Program-made: the position numbers and the translations under genes
Virus record (IMG/VR): IMGVR_UViG_2706795407_000001
Coordinates: 1-64,000 of that record
DNA: 64,000 nt
Reading direction: 5' to 3' (one strand)
DNA from: a virus
Lineage: Duplodnaviria; Caudoviricetes
Shown: piece by piece, positions 62,597-64,000 of the stretch
Layout: every line of letters begins with the position of its first letter
Position numbering within the stretch: the stretch's first letter is position 1
The notes under the pieces: model-generated
The model's database searches: none
Told to the model about the DNA's origin: nothing
Seen by the model: the letters and a program-made list of their open reading frames with translations, nothing else

Positions 62597-62794
62597 TTAT
62601 CCGATGATCTCGCCGGTAGCGGGGTGGCGGAGAGGCGGCCGGTTCTTGTATGCCTCGGTGGCGAACCATGCTTCGCGGGCTTTCTCGTAGCGGCGAACCG
62701 GGTTGCCGGTGTAACGTGCGCCGTCGCGGTAGGCGTCGAGGGCGTTGCCCGCGTTGACGTATTCGTTGAACACGGCCTGGTCGGTGGGGTTCAT
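62597..62794 (-). CDS. Reverse-oriented moron, hypothetical protein
   Basis: RBS AGAAAGGA and own promoter. Confidence 0.65.
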   Translation of the reverse strand: MNPTDQAVFNEYVNAGNALDAYRDGARYTGNPVRRYEKAREAWFATEAYKNRPPLRHPATGEIIG

Positions 62795-62827
62795 TGCTGC
62801 TCCGTCCTTTCTTTTTGATGAATTTTC

Positions 62828-62863
62828 CCTAGCTTAACCCTTGGTTAGGCTAGGTGTCAACAC
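62828..62863 (-). promoter_or_regulatory. SigA-type promoter within an inverted repeat
   Basis: TTGACA, 18 nt spacer, TAAGCT; IR CCTAGCTTAACC / GGTTAGGCTAGG. Confidence 0.65.
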
Positions 62864-62878
62864 TTTGATTAGAGGGTT

Positions 62879-64000
62879 ATGGAGTCTTTCAAAGACAAAC
62901 TGTTCACATCCAAGCCTTCGAGACCTGAGCCTACGGGTCCAATGGTCGTGCCTAGCGATTCGTACACCAAGAGCGCCATGGACAAGGAGCTTGAGGTGCT
63001 TGCGAGCACTGTCGTCGGGCGCAATAACCAGTTGAACATTTCCGCGCTCAAGTTGGCGGGGCTACCTATAGATAGGTGGACCTTGCGGCAGAAGCTGATC
63101 GAGGCTTGCGAGGTTAACGGATTGACTCAGGATGATGGTGGATACTTGGGGGTTGAGAAGACGATTGATTCAGCGTTCGGGAAGGCGGATCGCGACGGCC
63201 CCAGAATGATCCCTGAGCGCCCCGCTCAGCAATCAGATGCTCCACGGATGCCATCGGTCCAAGCTGCGGAGAACGCGCAGCAGGAGGCGGGCGGAGGGGG
63301 AGATAACCCCTTTGGCGATACCCCGCCCGTGGACGGTGCGAATTGGATGTTCGATGCCGACGACACGGTGGTTGAACTATGGGGTTCCTCCGATCAGATC
63401 CTATGGGCCGAAGGGGAGGCCCTGATGATCTGCGGTGGCATGGGCTTGGGGAAGTCAACTCTTGCAGGAATGCTACTGAGGGCGCAACTGGGGTTGCGGG
63501 ACACTGTTCTTGATCTTCCCGTGACCCCGGTGGATAAACCCATACTTTACCTCGCCATGGATAGGCCCCGGCAGTTGAGGCGTGCTATGCGGCGGCAGTT
63601 CAGCGAAGAGGAAAAGGAACTTATCGCGGGAAAGCTGCTCATCCGCCCAGGGCCGCCTGTGATGGATATGGCGATTGATCCGTCCTTGTTGGCGCGGATG
63701 GCTGAAGCGGTAGGCGCTGGCGTCGTCTATGTGGATTCACTCAAGGACGCTGTTGTCGGCTTGTCTGCTGATGAGACGGCGGCAAATTACAACCGGGCTA
63801 GACAGAAGTTGCTAGCTAGTGGTGTTGAGGTGTGCGAGTTGCACCATACCCGTAAGCCTTCGGCGGAAGCGCCTGGTGGCATTTCCTCGGTGTACGGCTC
63901 GACGTGGTTGGCGAGTGGGGCAGGTTCAGTGATTCTTTTGTCTGGCGAGCCTGGTGATCTGGTGGTGAAGTTTCGTCATGCCAAAACTCCCGCTAACGAG
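62879..64000 (+). CDS. Primase C-terminal helical domain plus AAA (RepA/SF4-like) helicase, 3' truncated by window end
   Basis: Read by hand from ATG 62879: GRNNQLNISALKLAG, Walker A GGMGLGKS, Walker B VVYVDS, LHHTRK; no stop before 64000. Confidence 0.85.
   Translation, partial: MESFKDKLFTSKPSRPEPTGPMVVPSDSYTKSAMDKELEVLASTVVGRNNQLNISALKLAGLPIDRWTLRQKLIEACEVNGLTQDDGGYLGVEKTIDSAFGKADRDGPRMIPERPAQQSDAPRMPSVQAAENAQQEAGGGGDNPFGDTPPVDGANWMFDADDTVVELWGSSDQILWAEGEALMICGGMGLGKSTLAGMLLRAQLGLRDTVLDLPVTPVDKPILYLAMDRPRQLRRAMRRQFSEEEKELIAGKLLIRPGPPVMDMAIDPSLLARMAEAVGAGVVYVDSLKDAVVGLSADETAANYNRARQKLLASGVEVCELHHTRKPSAEAPGGISSVYGSTWLASGAGSVILLSGEPGDLVVKFRHAKTPANE

Overview
The window is most of the genome of a temperate actinobacterial siphovirus, most likely a mycobacteriophage. 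It starts at the small terminase and ends inside a primase-associated helicase. Left arm (0.1-28 kb, + strand): terminase with a class 3 LAGLIDADG intein, portal, scaffold, capsid, head-tail genes, major tail, frameshifted tail chaperones, tape measure and minor tails. Lysis cassette (28.6-32.2 kb): lysin A, lysin B, holin. Two leftward arrays of small genes (32.4-37.5 kb and 39.2-45.3 kb) flank xis, a tyrosine integrase, the attP region and tRNA-Leu(CAA). They include Lsr2, a Rep-like HTH gene with internal iteron-like repeats, a membrane protein and the repressor. The rightward early arm (45.4-64 kb) has Cro, esterase, WhiB, NrdJ, ThyX, a putative SSB, Prim-Pol, a Cas4/RecB-like nuclease and a helicase. 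The best candidate for an undescribed system is the five-gene module at 59.3-62.4 kb: IbrA/PAPS-reductase-like PP-loop enzyme, an ectoine-synthase-like cupin fused to an IbrB/ParB domain, a GIY-YIG protein, a hypothetical protein and a small paralog of the IbrA C-terminus; I infer it is a DNA-modification or anti-defence pathway. Other highlights are a hairpin-rich non-coding locus with an anticodon-less tRNA-like fold (47.3-47.8 kb), two hairpin plus 5-nt-periodic repeat arrays, a 27-bp perfect inverted repeat around attP/tRNA, a thrice-repeated palindromic operator, and four virion proteins ending in Gly-Ser. Product calls rest on motif recognition by eye; no database searches were run.
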